44,465 nt of DNA from an uncultured Sphingomonas sp. Lineage in GTDB: Bacteria > Pseudomonadota > Alphaproteobacteria > Sphingomonadales > Sphingomonadaceae. How positions within the stretch are numbered: position 1 is the first letter of the stretch; every line of letters begins with the position of its first letter. Below are positions 7,419-15,791 of the stretch, piece after piece. Position numbers and translations under genes: made by a program. Location: positions 1-44,465 of the forward strand of contig CAXTVB010000001.1 of assembly GCA_964247555.1 (NCBI GenBank). Direction: 5' to 3'. The notes beneath the pieces were generated by a model, which was given only the letters and a program-made list of their open reading frames with translations, was not told where the DNA came from and searched no databases.

Positions 7419-9095
7419 ATGAGCGACAACGCACGACCGACCGCATGGCGCGACGCAGGCATCGCCGCGTCGCTGGCGTTCGCGCTCGGGATCGCGTGGA
7501 CGCTCCGCGACTGGCCGGCGCTGTCGGTGCTGCACCTGCCCGATACGGACGACGTCATGCGGTTGCAGCAGGTCCGCGACTGGCTGGCGGGGCAGGGTTT
7601 CGCGGATGTCGTGCAGCACCGGCTCGGCAGCGGCCTGGCGATGCACTGGTCGCGGCTCGCCGATCTGGCGCCGGCGGCGGGCATCGCGGCGCTGACGCCG
7701 CTGCTCGGGCGGCATGTCGCGGAGGTGGCGACGGTCGTCGTCTGGCCGCTGATATTGTTCGCCGGTGCCTTGTTCCTCGTCGCACGGATCGCGCGCGCGC
7801 TGTCGGCGCCCGCGTCGACCGCCATCCTGGTCGCGGGCATCGCGTATCCGGCGACGACGATCTTCCTGCCCGGGCGGATCGATCATCACGGATTGCAGGT
7901 CGTGTTCCTTTTGGGCGCAGTGCTGGCGCTGCTGAGCGCGCCCGATCGCGGGCGCGGTGCCGCGATCGGGCTGCTCGCCGCGGCCAGCGTGACGGTGGGA
8001 CTGGAGACCGCGCCGCTGTTCGTCGGCATCGGTGCCGTCGTGGTCGCCGCCTGGGTCGACGATTCCGCGGGGGCGCGCGATCGATTGAGCGGGCTGGCGA
8101 TCGGTGCAGGGGTCGGGCTGGCCGCGGCACGGGCGGTATTCGCGAGCGATGCCTTCGCCTATCCCGCCTGTGACGGCTTCACGCTGGATGCCTGGCGCGC
8201 AGGGATCATGGGCAGCGCGGGGCTGCTGCTGCTGGGAATCCTGCCGCGCGCGACCCTCGGCACCCGACTGGTCGCCGCGGGCATGGTCGGCGGCGGCACC
8301 GTCCTCGCCGCGATCGTCGTCGTGCCGCGCTGCCTGTCGCCCTATGGCGCGGTCGATCCGGCACTGGCGCGCATCTGGCTCGCGCATGTCGCGGAGGCGC
8401 AGTCGCTGTTCGCCGCCGATCCGGGCGTCGCGTTCGGTTATGCCGGGCTGACCGTCGTCGGGATCGCGGCGACGCTCCGGCAGGCGCGGGTCACCCGCGC
8501 GCCGGGATGGGTCGCGTTGCTGATCGTCCAGATCGCCGCCTTCGCCGTCACCGCGCTGCAACTGCGCGGCGCCTATGCCGGCGCGACGCTCGCCGCGCCC
8601 GCGCTGGCGGCGACGATCGCGGAGGCCCGGCGCGCAGGCGGATTGCGGCTGGCGGGGGCGTGGCTGATATCGGCGGGCCTGGTCTATCCGATCGCCGCCC
8701 AGGCGCTGCCGACTCGCGTTGCCGGGCCATCCGTACCGGCCCCGCGCGGCGATTGCGCGAGCCCGGTCTTGCTGTCGCGGCTGGCCGCCCTGCCGCCGGG
8801 TACCGTCATGGCGCCGATCGATGCGGGCGCCTATGCGATCGGCGCGACGCGCGACCGGCTGGTCGCCGCGCCCTATCATCGGAACGGTGCCGGCAATCTG
8901 GCGATGTTCGCTTTCTACGAGGGCACGCCTGCGCAGGCGCTCGCGATCGCACGCCGGTGGCGAGTCGACTACGTCGTCGCCTGCGGCGCGATGCCGGCCG
9001 GCGCGATGGCGACCGCGATCGACCGCGGCACAGCGCCGGGGCTGACGACGATCGCGACGCTACCCGATGGCGCGCGGCTGCTGCGGGTGCGTTAG
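7419..9095 (+). CDS. Polytopic membrane protein; putative GT-C glycosyltransferase, STT3/AglB-like
   Basis: Roughly a dozen hydrophobic segments plus a soluble C-terminal domain; motifs PDTDD, MHWSRLAD, PGRIDHH, HVAEAQ, QLRGAY, PIDAG, VDYVV. Confidence 0.7.
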   Translation: MSDNARPTAWRDAGIAASLAFALGIAWTLRDWPALSVLHLPDTDDVMRLQQVRDWLAGQGFADVVQHRLGSGLAMHWSRLADLAPAAGIAALTPLLGRHVAEVATVVVWPLILFAGALFLVARIARALSAPASTAILVAGIAYPATTIFLPGRIDHHGLQVVFLLGAVLALLSAPDRGRGAAIGLLAAASVTVGLETAPLFVGIGAVVVAAWVDDSAGARDRLSGLAIGAGVGLAAARAVFASDAFAYPACDGFTLDAWRAGIMGSAGLLLLGILPRATLGTRLVAAGMVGGGTVLAAIVVVPRCLSPYGAVDPALARIWLAHVAEAQSLFAADPGVAFGYAGLTVVGIAATLRQARVTRAPGWVALLIVQIAAFAVTALQLRGAYAGATLAAPALAATIAEARRAGGLRLAGAWLISAGLVYPIAAQALPTRVAGPSVPAPRGDCASPVLLSRLAALPPGTVMAPIDAGAYAIGATRDRLVAAPYHRNGAGNLAMFAFYEGTPAQALAIARRWRVDYVVACGAMPAGAMATAIDRGTAPGLTTIATLPDGARLLRVR

Positions 9096-9163
9096 CGACG
9101 AACCGAGCGCCGCATACGACGTGCCGCTTGCCCGCCGCCGCCGTCGCGCGCTAGGCAGACGCG

Positions 9164-10753
9164 ATGCCACCGATCCATTCCAGCCCGCGATGGTGGCAGA
9201 CGCGCCTGTTCGTCGCGCTGGCGGCACTCGCCTCGACGATCCCGCTGCTGTGGCCGACCATTCCACCGCTGGTCGATCTGCCCGGGCATATCGGCCGCTA
9301 CCGCGTGCAGCTCGACGGCGCGGGCTATCCGTGGATCGCCACCTGGTATGATTTCCACTGGTCGCTGATCGGCAATCTCGGAATCGACCTGCTCATCATC
9401 CCGCTCGCGCCGATCTTCGGGCTGGAACTGGCGGTGAAGCTGATCGTGATCGCGATCCCCGTGCTGATCGTGACGGGGTTCCTGTGGATCGCCCGCGAGG
9501 TGCATGGCCGCATCCCTGCGACGGCGCTGTTCGCGCTGCCGATCGCCTATTCCTACCCGATCCAGTTCGGTTTCGTGAATTTCGCGCTGGCGATGGGGCT
9601 GGCGCTCAACCTGTTCGCCTTGTGGCTGCGGCTTGGACGGCTGGGGCGGACGGGGTTCCGGACCGGCTTGTTCGTACCGCTGTCGTGCCTGTTATGGCTG
9701 TGCCACACCTTTGGCTGGGGTGTGCTGGGCGTCCTCGCCTTCTCGGCGGAGATGATCCGGCAGCACGACCGGATGCCGGGGCGCGGGGTGCAGCATTGGG
9801 CGATGGCATGGTTCCGTGCAGGGATCGGCTGCGTACCACTGGCGCTGCCGCTGGCGCTGATGATCTTCTGGCGGTCGGGCGATCATGTGTCGGGAATCAC
9901 CGGCGACTGGTTCAACTGGCGGACGAAGTTCGGCTGGCTGGCGATGCTGCTGCGCGACCGCTGGCTGGCGTTCGATTTCGCATCGGCGATGATCCTGTAC
10001 CTGATCCTGGTGCGGGGCGTCCGCGACCGGACGATCGAATATTCGCGCAACCTCGCTTTGTCGGCGGTCTTTCTGTTCGCGGTGTTCCTGCTGCTGCCGC
10101 GCGTGGTCTTCGGCTCGGCCTATGCGGACATGCGCCTCGCCCCCTTCGCGATCGGCATCGCGATCGTCGCGCTTCGCCCGCGCCCCGGCGTGTCGGTGCG
10201 CGATGCGAAGATGCTTGCGGCGTTCGGGCTGGCGTTCTTCCTGGTGCGGCTGGGCGGGACGACGATCAGCTATGCGATGTATTCGCAAAGCTACGACCGG
10301 ACGCTCGCCGCGCTCGATCATCTGCCCCAAGGCGCGCGGCTGGTGTCGTTCGTCGGACGCCGATGCCGCGACGACTGGGCGTATACGCGGCTGGAACACG
10401 TCCCGGCGATCGCGCTGGAGCGGCGGCTGGCCTATACCAACGATCAGTGGTCGATGCCCGGCGCGCAGCTGCTGACGACCCGGTACGACCCGGCGGGACG
10501 GTTCGCGCATGATCCGTCGCAGGTGGTGACCGACCGCAAATGCCGTGGCGAATGGTGGCGACCGGTGGACAAGGCGCTGCTGCATTTCCCGCGGGGCGCG
10601 TTCGACTATGTCTGGATGATCGAGCCGCCGCGGTTCGACCCGCGGATGGCGTGGGGCATGGTGCCGATCTGGACCAACGGGACCAGCATCCTGTACCGCG
10701 TCGACCACGCGGTTCAGCCGCCGCGCTTGAACGGCGTCAGCCCCTCCAGATAG
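9164..10753 (+). CDS. Polytopic membrane protein; putative GT-C fold glycosyltransferase
   Basis: First TM followed by PPLVDLPGH, many TM segments, YADMRLAPF, soluble C-terminal domain with FDYVW. Confidence 0.6.
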   Translation: MPPIHSSPRWWQTRLFVALAALASTIPLLWPTIPPLVDLPGHIGRYRVQLDGAGYPWIATWYDFHWSLIGNLGIDLLIIPLAPIFGLELAVKLIVIAIPVLIVTGFLWIAREVHGRIPATALFALPIAYSYPIQFGFVNFALAMGLALNLFALWLRLGRLGRTGFRTGLFVPLSCLLWLCHTFGWGVLGVLAFSAEMIRQHDRMPGRGVQHWAMAWFRAGIGCVPLALPLALMIFWRSGDHVSGITGDWFNWRTKFGWLAMLLRDRWLAFDFASAMILYLILVRGVRDRTIEYSRNLALSAVFLFAVFLLLPRVVFGSAYADMRLAPFAIGIAIVALRPRPGVSVRDAKMLAAFGLAFFLVRLGGTTISYAMYSQSYDRTLAALDHLPQGARLVSFVGRRCRDDWAYTRLEHVPAIALERRLAYTNDQWSMPGAQLLTTRYDPAGRFAHDPSQVVTDRKCRGEWWRPVDKALLHFPRGAFDYVWMIEPPRFDPRMAWGMVPIWTNGTSILYRVDHAVQPPRLNGVSPSR

Positions 10754-11850
10754 TCGCGGTCCGCCGCCACCGCCTCGCGCTCGCGGACCAGGAAATCGGC
10801 GATGGCGCGGCGGAAGCCCTTGTCCGGGATGTAGTGCGCCGAATAGGTCGCCACCGGCGCATAGCCGCGCGCGAGCTTGTGTTCGCCCTGTGCGCCCGCC
10901 TCCACCGTCCTCAGCCCGCGCGCGATGGCGGCGTCGATCGCCTGATAATAGCAAAGCTCGAAATGGAGGAACGGCACTTCCTCGGTCGCGCCCCAATAGC
11001 GGCCGTACAGCGTGTCGTCGCCGATGACGTTCAGCGCGCCCGCGATCGGCCGACCGTCGCGTTCCGCCAGGATCAGCAGGACCCGGTCCGCCATCGTCTC
11101 TCCGATCAGCGGGAAGAACTGGCGGGTGAGATAGGGCTGCCCCCATTTGCGCGCACCGGTGTCCTGGTAGAAGGTCCAGAACGCCGCCCAATCCGCTGGG
11201 GTGATGCCAGCCCCCGTGACGTGGCGGATCGTCAGGCCCTCGACGGCGGCGGCACGTTCCTTGCGAATCGCTTTCCGCTTGCGGCTGGAGAGGACGGCCA
11301 GGAAATCGTCGAAGCCGGCAAAGCCTTCGTTGCGCCAGTGGAACTGCGTCCCCTGCCGGATCAGCCAGCCCGCGGCCTCGAACAGCGGGACCTGATCGGA
11401 CGCGACGAAGGTCGCATGCGCCGACGACAATTCGCTGCGATCGGTCACCGCCTCGATCGCGCCAAGGAGCGCGGGCGCCAGACTTTCGTCGCGCAGCAGC
11501 AGCCGGGGGCCGGGTACCGGGGAGAAGGGCGCCGCGATCTGAAGCTTCGGATAATAACGCCCGCCGGCACGCTCCCATGCGTCCGCCCAGGCGTGATCGA
11601 AGACATATTCGCCCTGACTGTGGCTCTTCGCATAGGCAGGCGCGATCGCGGCGGGCCTGCCGTCCGCATCGTCGATGACGATCGGCAGCGGTTGCCAACC
11701 GGAGCGCCCGCCGACGCTGCCCGATTGCTCCAGCGCTGTCAGGAAGGCGTGACCGACGAATGGGTTGCTCGTGCCCGCACACGCATCCCAGTCCGCCGCC
11801 GCGATCTGCGATGCGCCGTCGGCGAGGCGGGCGGTAACGGGGGTAGTCAT
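10714..11850 (-). CDS. GNAT/FemAB-like protein (DUF482/COG3146 type)
   Basis: YAKSHSQGEYVFDHAWADA, YYPKLQ, RKRKAIRKER, LYGRYWG, LHFELCYYQAI, EAGAQGEHKLARGY. Confidence 0.88.
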   Translation of the reverse strand: MTTPVTARLADGASQIAAADWDACAGTSNPFVGHAFLTALEQSGSVGGRSGWQPLPIVIDDADGRPAAIAPAYAKSHSQGEYVFDHAWADAWERAGGRYYPKLQIAAPFSPVPGPRLLLRDESLAPALLGAIEAVTDRSELSSAHATFVASDQVPLFEAAGWLIRQGTQFHWRNEGFAGFDDFLAVLSSRKRKAIRKERAAAVEGLTIRHVTGAGITPADWAAFWTFYQDTGARKWGQPYLTRQFFPLIGETMADRVLLILAERDGRPIAGALNVIGDDTLYGRYWGATEEVPFLHFELCYYQAIDAAIARGLRTVEAGAQGEHKLARGYAPVATYSAHYIPDKGFRRAIADFLVREREAVAADRDYLEGLTPFKRGG

Positions 11851-11920
11851 GCGAGGCCTAGATGGGCGCGGATGGGAGAAGGCTCAAGGCAATGTGCGAG
11901 GGTTTGCAAATCCACATCAT

Positions 11921-12005
11921 CCGTCACCCCGGGCTCGTCCCGGGGTCCAGAGCCAAGAGGACATCGCTCTTTGCTCTGGATGCCGCGACGAGCCCGGCAT
12001 GACGG
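11921..12005. repeat. Palindromic intergenic repeat (family A)
   Basis: ccgtcaccccgggctcgt...tccagagc...gctctgga...acgagcccggcatgacgg; nested inverted repeats. Confidence 0.8.
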
Positions 12006-12013
12006 AAGGACGC

Positions 12014-12490
12014 TCAACCCAGCGCCGACGCCGAAACCTGTACGATCGCGTCGATTTCCACCGCCGCCCCCAGCGGCAGCGTCGGCACGCCGACCGCCGA
12101 GCGCGCATGTTTTCCCGAATCGCCGAATAGCGCGACCATCAGGTCCGAGGCGCCGTTCGCCACCTTGGGCTGGTCGGTGAAATCGGCGGTGGAGTTCACG
12201 AACACGCCCAGCTTCACGATTCGCTCGACCCGCGCCAGGTCGCCGAGATATTTTTTCAGCTGCGCCACGATCATCAGTCCGCACGCGCGCGCTGCGGCTT
12301 GGCCGTCCTCCAGCGACACGCCGTCGCCCAGCCGCCCGGTGACCAGCGTGCCGTCCACGAACGGCAGCTGGCCCGACAGATGCAGCAACCCGCCCGCCTC
12401 CACGACGGGGACGTAGGAAGCGACGGGGGCTGCGGCCTCGGGCAGCGACAAGCCCAGTTCGGTTAGCTTGCGGTCGATACGGTCGGTCAT
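12014..12490 (-). CDS. RidA/YjgF family protein
   Basis: PVASYVP, SGQLP, FVNSTADFTDQPKVANGASDL, GKHARSAVG, AVEID. Confidence 0.9.
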   Translation of the reverse strand: MTDRIDRKLTELGLSLPEAAAPVASYVPVVEAGGLLHLSGQLPFVDGTLVTGRLGDGVSLEDGQAAARACGLMIVAQLKKYLGDLARVERIVKLGVFVNSTADFTDQPKVANGASDLMVALFGDSGKHARSAVGVPTLPLGAAVEIDAIVQVSASALG

Positions 12491-12518
12491 GCGGACGGTC
12501 CTCTGATTGATAGTATGG

Positions 12519-13148
12519 TCAGGCGGCGGCGGGAACGCCCGCGGCGAAGCGCGCGGCGATCCAGCGTTCGGCGTCCGCCCAGTCGTCGATCCGCGCATGC
12601 GCCGCGGGGGCGGGGGGCATGGCGGCGGCGAGCGGGGGCTCGGCGATCATGTGCAGCCGGTGGACGCCGGGTGCGGCCTTGGCGACCGAGGCGTGGTGGA
12701 CCGCCAGGTCGTCGACGAACACGGTCACCGGATCGCCGTGCTCCGCGACCAGCTTCGCGACGGGATCGCCCTTGCCGCCCTGGTTGCATTCCACGCGGTG
12801 GCGGATACCGAACGTGGCGAGCTGTTCGATCCGCGGCTGGCGGCACTGGTCCTGCAAATTGGTCAGCACCACGATGTCCGCGACCTCGGCAAGCCGGGCC
12901 AGCGCCTCGCGCGCATGCGGCACCAGGGTCTGGCGGTGCATTTCCGCGGGGAAGAATTCGCCGAGCATCCCCCACATCTCCGTCTGGGTCGGCGGCGGTC
13001 CGCCGTCCCGCCTTGTCATCGCGTTGGCGAAGTCGCCGGTCTCGATCGCGAAGTCGATGTCCTTCGTCTCGTCCAGCCATGTCCCGAAATGGCGGACCAT
13101 GTGCAGCAGGACCTCGTCGCAATCGGTGATCAGCAGCGGCCGGCTCAT
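12519..13148 (-). CDS. HAD superfamily hydrolase
   Basis: Motif I LLITDCDEVL, VVLTN, K in GGKG, VFVDD. Confidence 0.85.
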   Translation of the reverse strand: MSRPLLITDCDEVLLHMVRHFGTWLDETKDIDFAIETGDFANAMTRRDGGPPPTQTEMWGMLGEFFPAEMHRQTLVPHAREALARLAEVADIVVLTNLQDQCRQPRIEQLATFGIRHRVECNQGGKGDPVAKLVAEHGDPVTVFVDDLAVHHASVAKAAPGVHRLHMIAEPPLAAAMPPAPAAHARIDDWADAERWIAARFAAGVPAAA

Positions 13149-13417
13149 GCCTCCAGCCTCGCGCGTGCGGCGACGAGATCGGCGGGCTTCACACCCAGTT
13201 CGCCTGCGCATTCGATCAGGTCGGGCTCGTGCGCCTCCAGAAAGCCCAAGGCGGCGGCGATGAGGGCGGGATCGCCCACCCGCGCGCGCAGGTCGTGCGG
13301 CTCCAGCCCGGTCACCGCCAGCAGCCGCATCGCCCGGTCGGGGACGACCAACGTCCAGACCAAAGCGCGCAGGCCGAGCGCCTGGGCGTCCTCTTCATTT
13401 GTATCGTGCGCGTCCAT
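13145..13417 (-). CDS. DUF3572 family protein
   Basis: ALGLRALVW...RLLAVTGLEPHDLR...LGFL...EPDL pattern; divergent from divK, the usual position; ATGA overlap with the HAD gene. Confidence 0.75.
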   Translation of the reverse strand: MDAHDTNEEDAQALGLRALVWTLVVPDRAMRLLAVTGLEPHDLRARVGDPALIAAALGFLEAHEPDLIECAGELGVKPADLVAARARLEA

Positions 13418-13459
13418 TGCCTATCGTCGGGCCTCTGGCTGGAAGGGAATGGCGTCCGC

Positions 13460-13822
13460 GTGGCAAAAAGGGTGCTCGTTGTCGAGGACAACGAACTGAA
13501 CCTGAAGCTGTTCTGCGATCTCCTGCGTGCGCACGAGTTTGCCGTGGAGCCGGTGCGCGACGGCCGCGAGGCGGTGGCCCGCGCCCGCGCGTTCGCGCCC
13601 GACCTCGTCATCATGGACATCCAGATGCCGCACGTGACGGGGTACGAGCTGATCCTGGAGATGAAGGCCGACGATGCGCTGGCGAGCATTCCGGTCATGG
13701 CGGTCACCGCCTATGCCGGGCGCGACGACGAGGACCGGATCCGCGCGGCGGGCGCGGACGCCTATGTGTCGAAGCCGATCAGCCTCGCGCGGTTCATGGA
13801 TGCGGTGGGGGCGCTGGTCTAA
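13460..13822 (+). CDS. divK: Single-domain response regulator DivK
   Basis: KRVLVVEDNELNLKLF, PDLVIMDIQMP, IPVMAVTAYA, DEDRIR, YVSKPIS closely match DivK; GTG start. Confidence 0.88.
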   Translation: MAKRVLVVEDNELNLKLFCDLLRAHEFAVEPVRDGREAVARARAFAPDLVIMDIQMPHVTGYELILEMKADDALASIPVMAVTAYAGRDDEDRIRAAGADAYVSKPISLARFMDAVGALV

Positions 13823-13846
13823 TTCCTGCCCGTACCGGGGAGGATT
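13821..13846. repeat. Half-copy of family D repeat, hairpin after divK
   Basis: aattcctgcccgtaccggggaggatt matches the right end of the 24263-24389 element. Confidence 0.5.
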
Positions 13847-13951
13847 GAACGGGAAAAGGCCGCAAGCGTCCCCGCCTGCGGCCCCAAATCCCAGCCCCAA
13901 ATGCCGGTCTGCGCCGAAAAGATTGAACGGCGGCTTACGCCGCCCGTCCGG

Positions 13952-14119
13952 TCACTTGATCTTGGCTTCCTTGAACTCGACATGCTTGCGCACGACGGGA
14001 TCATACTTGCTGAAGGACAGCTTCTCGGTCTTCGTGCGCGGGTTCTTCTTCGTGACGTAGAAGAATCCCGTATCGGCGGTCGAGACGAGCTTGATCTTGA
14101 CGGTGGTCGGCTTGGCCAT
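13952..14119 (-). CDS. rpmG: 50S ribosomal protein L33
   Basis: [28 protein letters not shown]...[18 protein letters not shown]; 55 aa, Cys-free form. Confidence 0.97.
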   Translation of the reverse strand: MAKPTTVKIKLVSTADTGFFYVTKKNPRTKTEKLSFSKYDPVVRKHVEFKEAKIK

Positions 14120-14237
14120 GAGCCCAAATTCCTGCAGGGTAAAGCTAAGGGCATGCGACGATAGCCGCGGCCCGATCAGCCGCGGCGCATGGCGCAGGAT
14201 GCCCGCGAAGTCAACCGCAGGGGCGGTCCGCCTACGG

Positions 14238-14253
14238 TTCACGCGATCTTTAC
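14238..14253 (+). promoter_or_regulatory. Putative CtrA-like box
   Basis: TTCA-cgcgatc-TTTAC vs consensus TTAA-N7-TTAAC (2 mismatches), about 50 bp upstream of the ORF at 14301. Confidence 0.4.
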
Positions 14254-14300
14254 CTATCCGGGCGCAGCGTGTGGGCAATGGGAACGGGGAGTGCTGCGCG

Positions 14301-14633
14301 ATGGCATCGTTGACACAAGGCGCCGTGGATATCGCCACGATCAAGGCGGAACTCGCCGCGCGCATCGCCGCGATCGACGTCCGTGCGCCGCATGCCCGCG
14401 CATGCGAACTCGCGCCCGATGTCGATGCGATCCGCATCATCGCGCACCGCAACGGCCTGCACCCGGCGGTCACCGTCGCGCACTTCCTCGATTCGGCCTT
14501 GTCGCGTGGCGAACACGGCGCGTTGGTGCATGGCTGGCTGTCGATGCTAAGCGACGCGGTGCGCAGCGACCGGCAGGATCTCGCGGCCTGCGATATCTTC
14601 GCCGCCGCCTGCTCGGTCCGCCTCGCGGGCTGA
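14301..14633 (+). CDS. Hypothetical helical protein, HPt-like pattern lacking the phospho-His
   Basis: GGGGAG upstream of the ATG; [12 protein letters not shown]...AHFLDSAL aligns with the HPt helix pair. Confidence 0.7.
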   Translation: MASLTQGAVDIATIKAELAARIAAIDVRAPHARACELAPDVDAIRIIAHRNGLHPAVTVAHFLDSALSRGEHGALVHGWLSMLSDAVRSDRQDLAACDIFAAACSVRLAG

Positions 14634-14641
14634 TACCCCCA

Positions 14642-15208
14642 ATGGACGCGCTGATGGCGGCGATCGTCGCCGCGGCGCTGGGACAGCTCGGCGACAAGAC
14701 CGCCTGGCTCGTCGCGATCCTGTCCGATCGCTACCGCGCGCCCGGCCGCGTCGTCGCCGCCGCGGGCGTAGCGATCCTCGCTGCCAGCGGCATTGCGGCT
14801 TTCGGCGGTGCGCTCATCGCGCCGCGAATCACTCCGGAGGCGAAGCAGTTGTTCTTCGCCATGGCGCTGCTGCTTCAGGGCGGCGGCGCGTTCCTTCCGG
14901 TGAAGGCGCCCGAGCGCCTGTCGGGCTGGCGGCTGGGCGCGGTCCTGACGACGCTCGCCGGGCTTTTCATCCTGGCGTTCGGAGACGGCGTCCAGTTCAT
15001 CGTCGTGACGATCGCCGCGCGGACGCCGGTCCCCGCACTGGCAGCGATAGGCGCGACGATCGGTTCGCTCGCGGTCGTCGTGCCCGCCGCCATCCTCGGC
15101 GAAGCGGGCTGGGCACGGGTGCCGTGGCGACGGGTGCGCGGCGTCGTCGGCGCGCTGTTCCTGCTCGCCGGGGCCGTCATCGGGCTGGGGGCGTTGCGGC
15201 TGATCTGA
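14642..15208 (+). CDS. TMEM165/GDT1 (UPF0016) family protein with degenerate motifs
   Basis: QLGDKT and AFGDGVQF in place of the two E-x-G-D-K-T motifs; about 6 TM segments. Confidence 0.8.
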   Translation: MDALMAAIVAAALGQLGDKTAWLVAILSDRYRAPGRVVAAAGVAILAASGIAAFGGALIAPRITPEAKQLFFAMALLLQGGGAFLPVKAPERLSGWRLGAVLTTLAGLFILAFGDGVQFIVVTIAARTPVPALAAIGATIGSLAVVVPAAILGEAGWARVPWRRVRGVVGALFLLAGAVIGLGALRLI

Positions 15209-15210
15209 CG

Positions 15211-15235
15211 GGAGCCAATCCGCGCGTGGCACGTT
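15211..15235 (+). promoter_or_regulatory. Putative EcfG (general stress) promoter of dps
   Basis: GGAGC-N16-CGTT vs consensus GGAAC-N16/17-CGTT. Confidence 0.45.
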
Positions 15236-15267
15236 TCGCTTGCGAACCAACCTTCCCGGAGCATCAC

Positions 15268-15765
15268 GTGGCCGATATCGATCCCAAGTTGAGCACCCCG
15301 ACCGACCTCAATCGCAACGATACCCGCACGGTGGCGGACGCACTGAACACCGCGCTGGCGGATTGCTTCGCGCTGTATCTGAAGACGAAGAACTTCCACT
15401 GGCACGTCTCGGGTCCGCATTTCCGCGACTATCATTTGATGCTCGACGATCAGGCGACGCAGATTCTCGGCGTGACAGACGCCATCGCCGAGCGCGTGCG
15501 CAAGACGGGCAACGTCACGCTCCGTTCGATCGGCGACGTCGCGCGACACCAGACGATCGCGGACAACGACCAGGGCTTCGTCGCACCCGGCGACATGCTC
15601 GCCGAACTGCGCGACGACAATCTGAAGCTGATCGAGGGCCTGCGCGAAGCACGCGAGCGTGCCGAGGTGGTGAAGGACACCGCGACCAGCAGCATCGCCG
15701 ACGAATGGATCGACCAGGCGGAGGAGCGCGCCTGGTTCCTGTTCGAGGCGAGCCGCAAGGGCTGA
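15268..15765 (+). CDS. dps: DNA starvation/stationary phase protection protein Dps
   Basis: [41 protein letters not shown]; GTG start with GGAG RBS. Confidence 0.95.
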   Translation: MADIDPKLSTPTDLNRNDTRTVADALNTALADCFALYLKTKNFHWHVSGPHFRDYHLMLDDQATQILGVTDAIAERVRKTGNVTLRSIGDVARHQTIADNDQGFVAPGDMLAELRDDNLKLIEGLREARERAEVVKDTATSSIADEWIDQAEERAWFLFEASRKG

Positions 15766-15791
15766 TCGCAAGCGCAGCGGGACAGCGCGGC

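Noticed and set aside
7126-10753. tRNA-Lys as the integration site of an island carrying the GT-C genes
   Set aside because: No integrase, no downstream duplicate of the tRNA 3' end found, and no obvious composition shift
13952-15250. N-terminally extended ORF-track calls suggesting fusions (432-aa rpmG, 718-aa ligase, 598-aa glyA, 601-aa aguB)
   Set aside because: The extensions overlap real neighbouring genes; recognisable family sequence begins at the downstream starts used here
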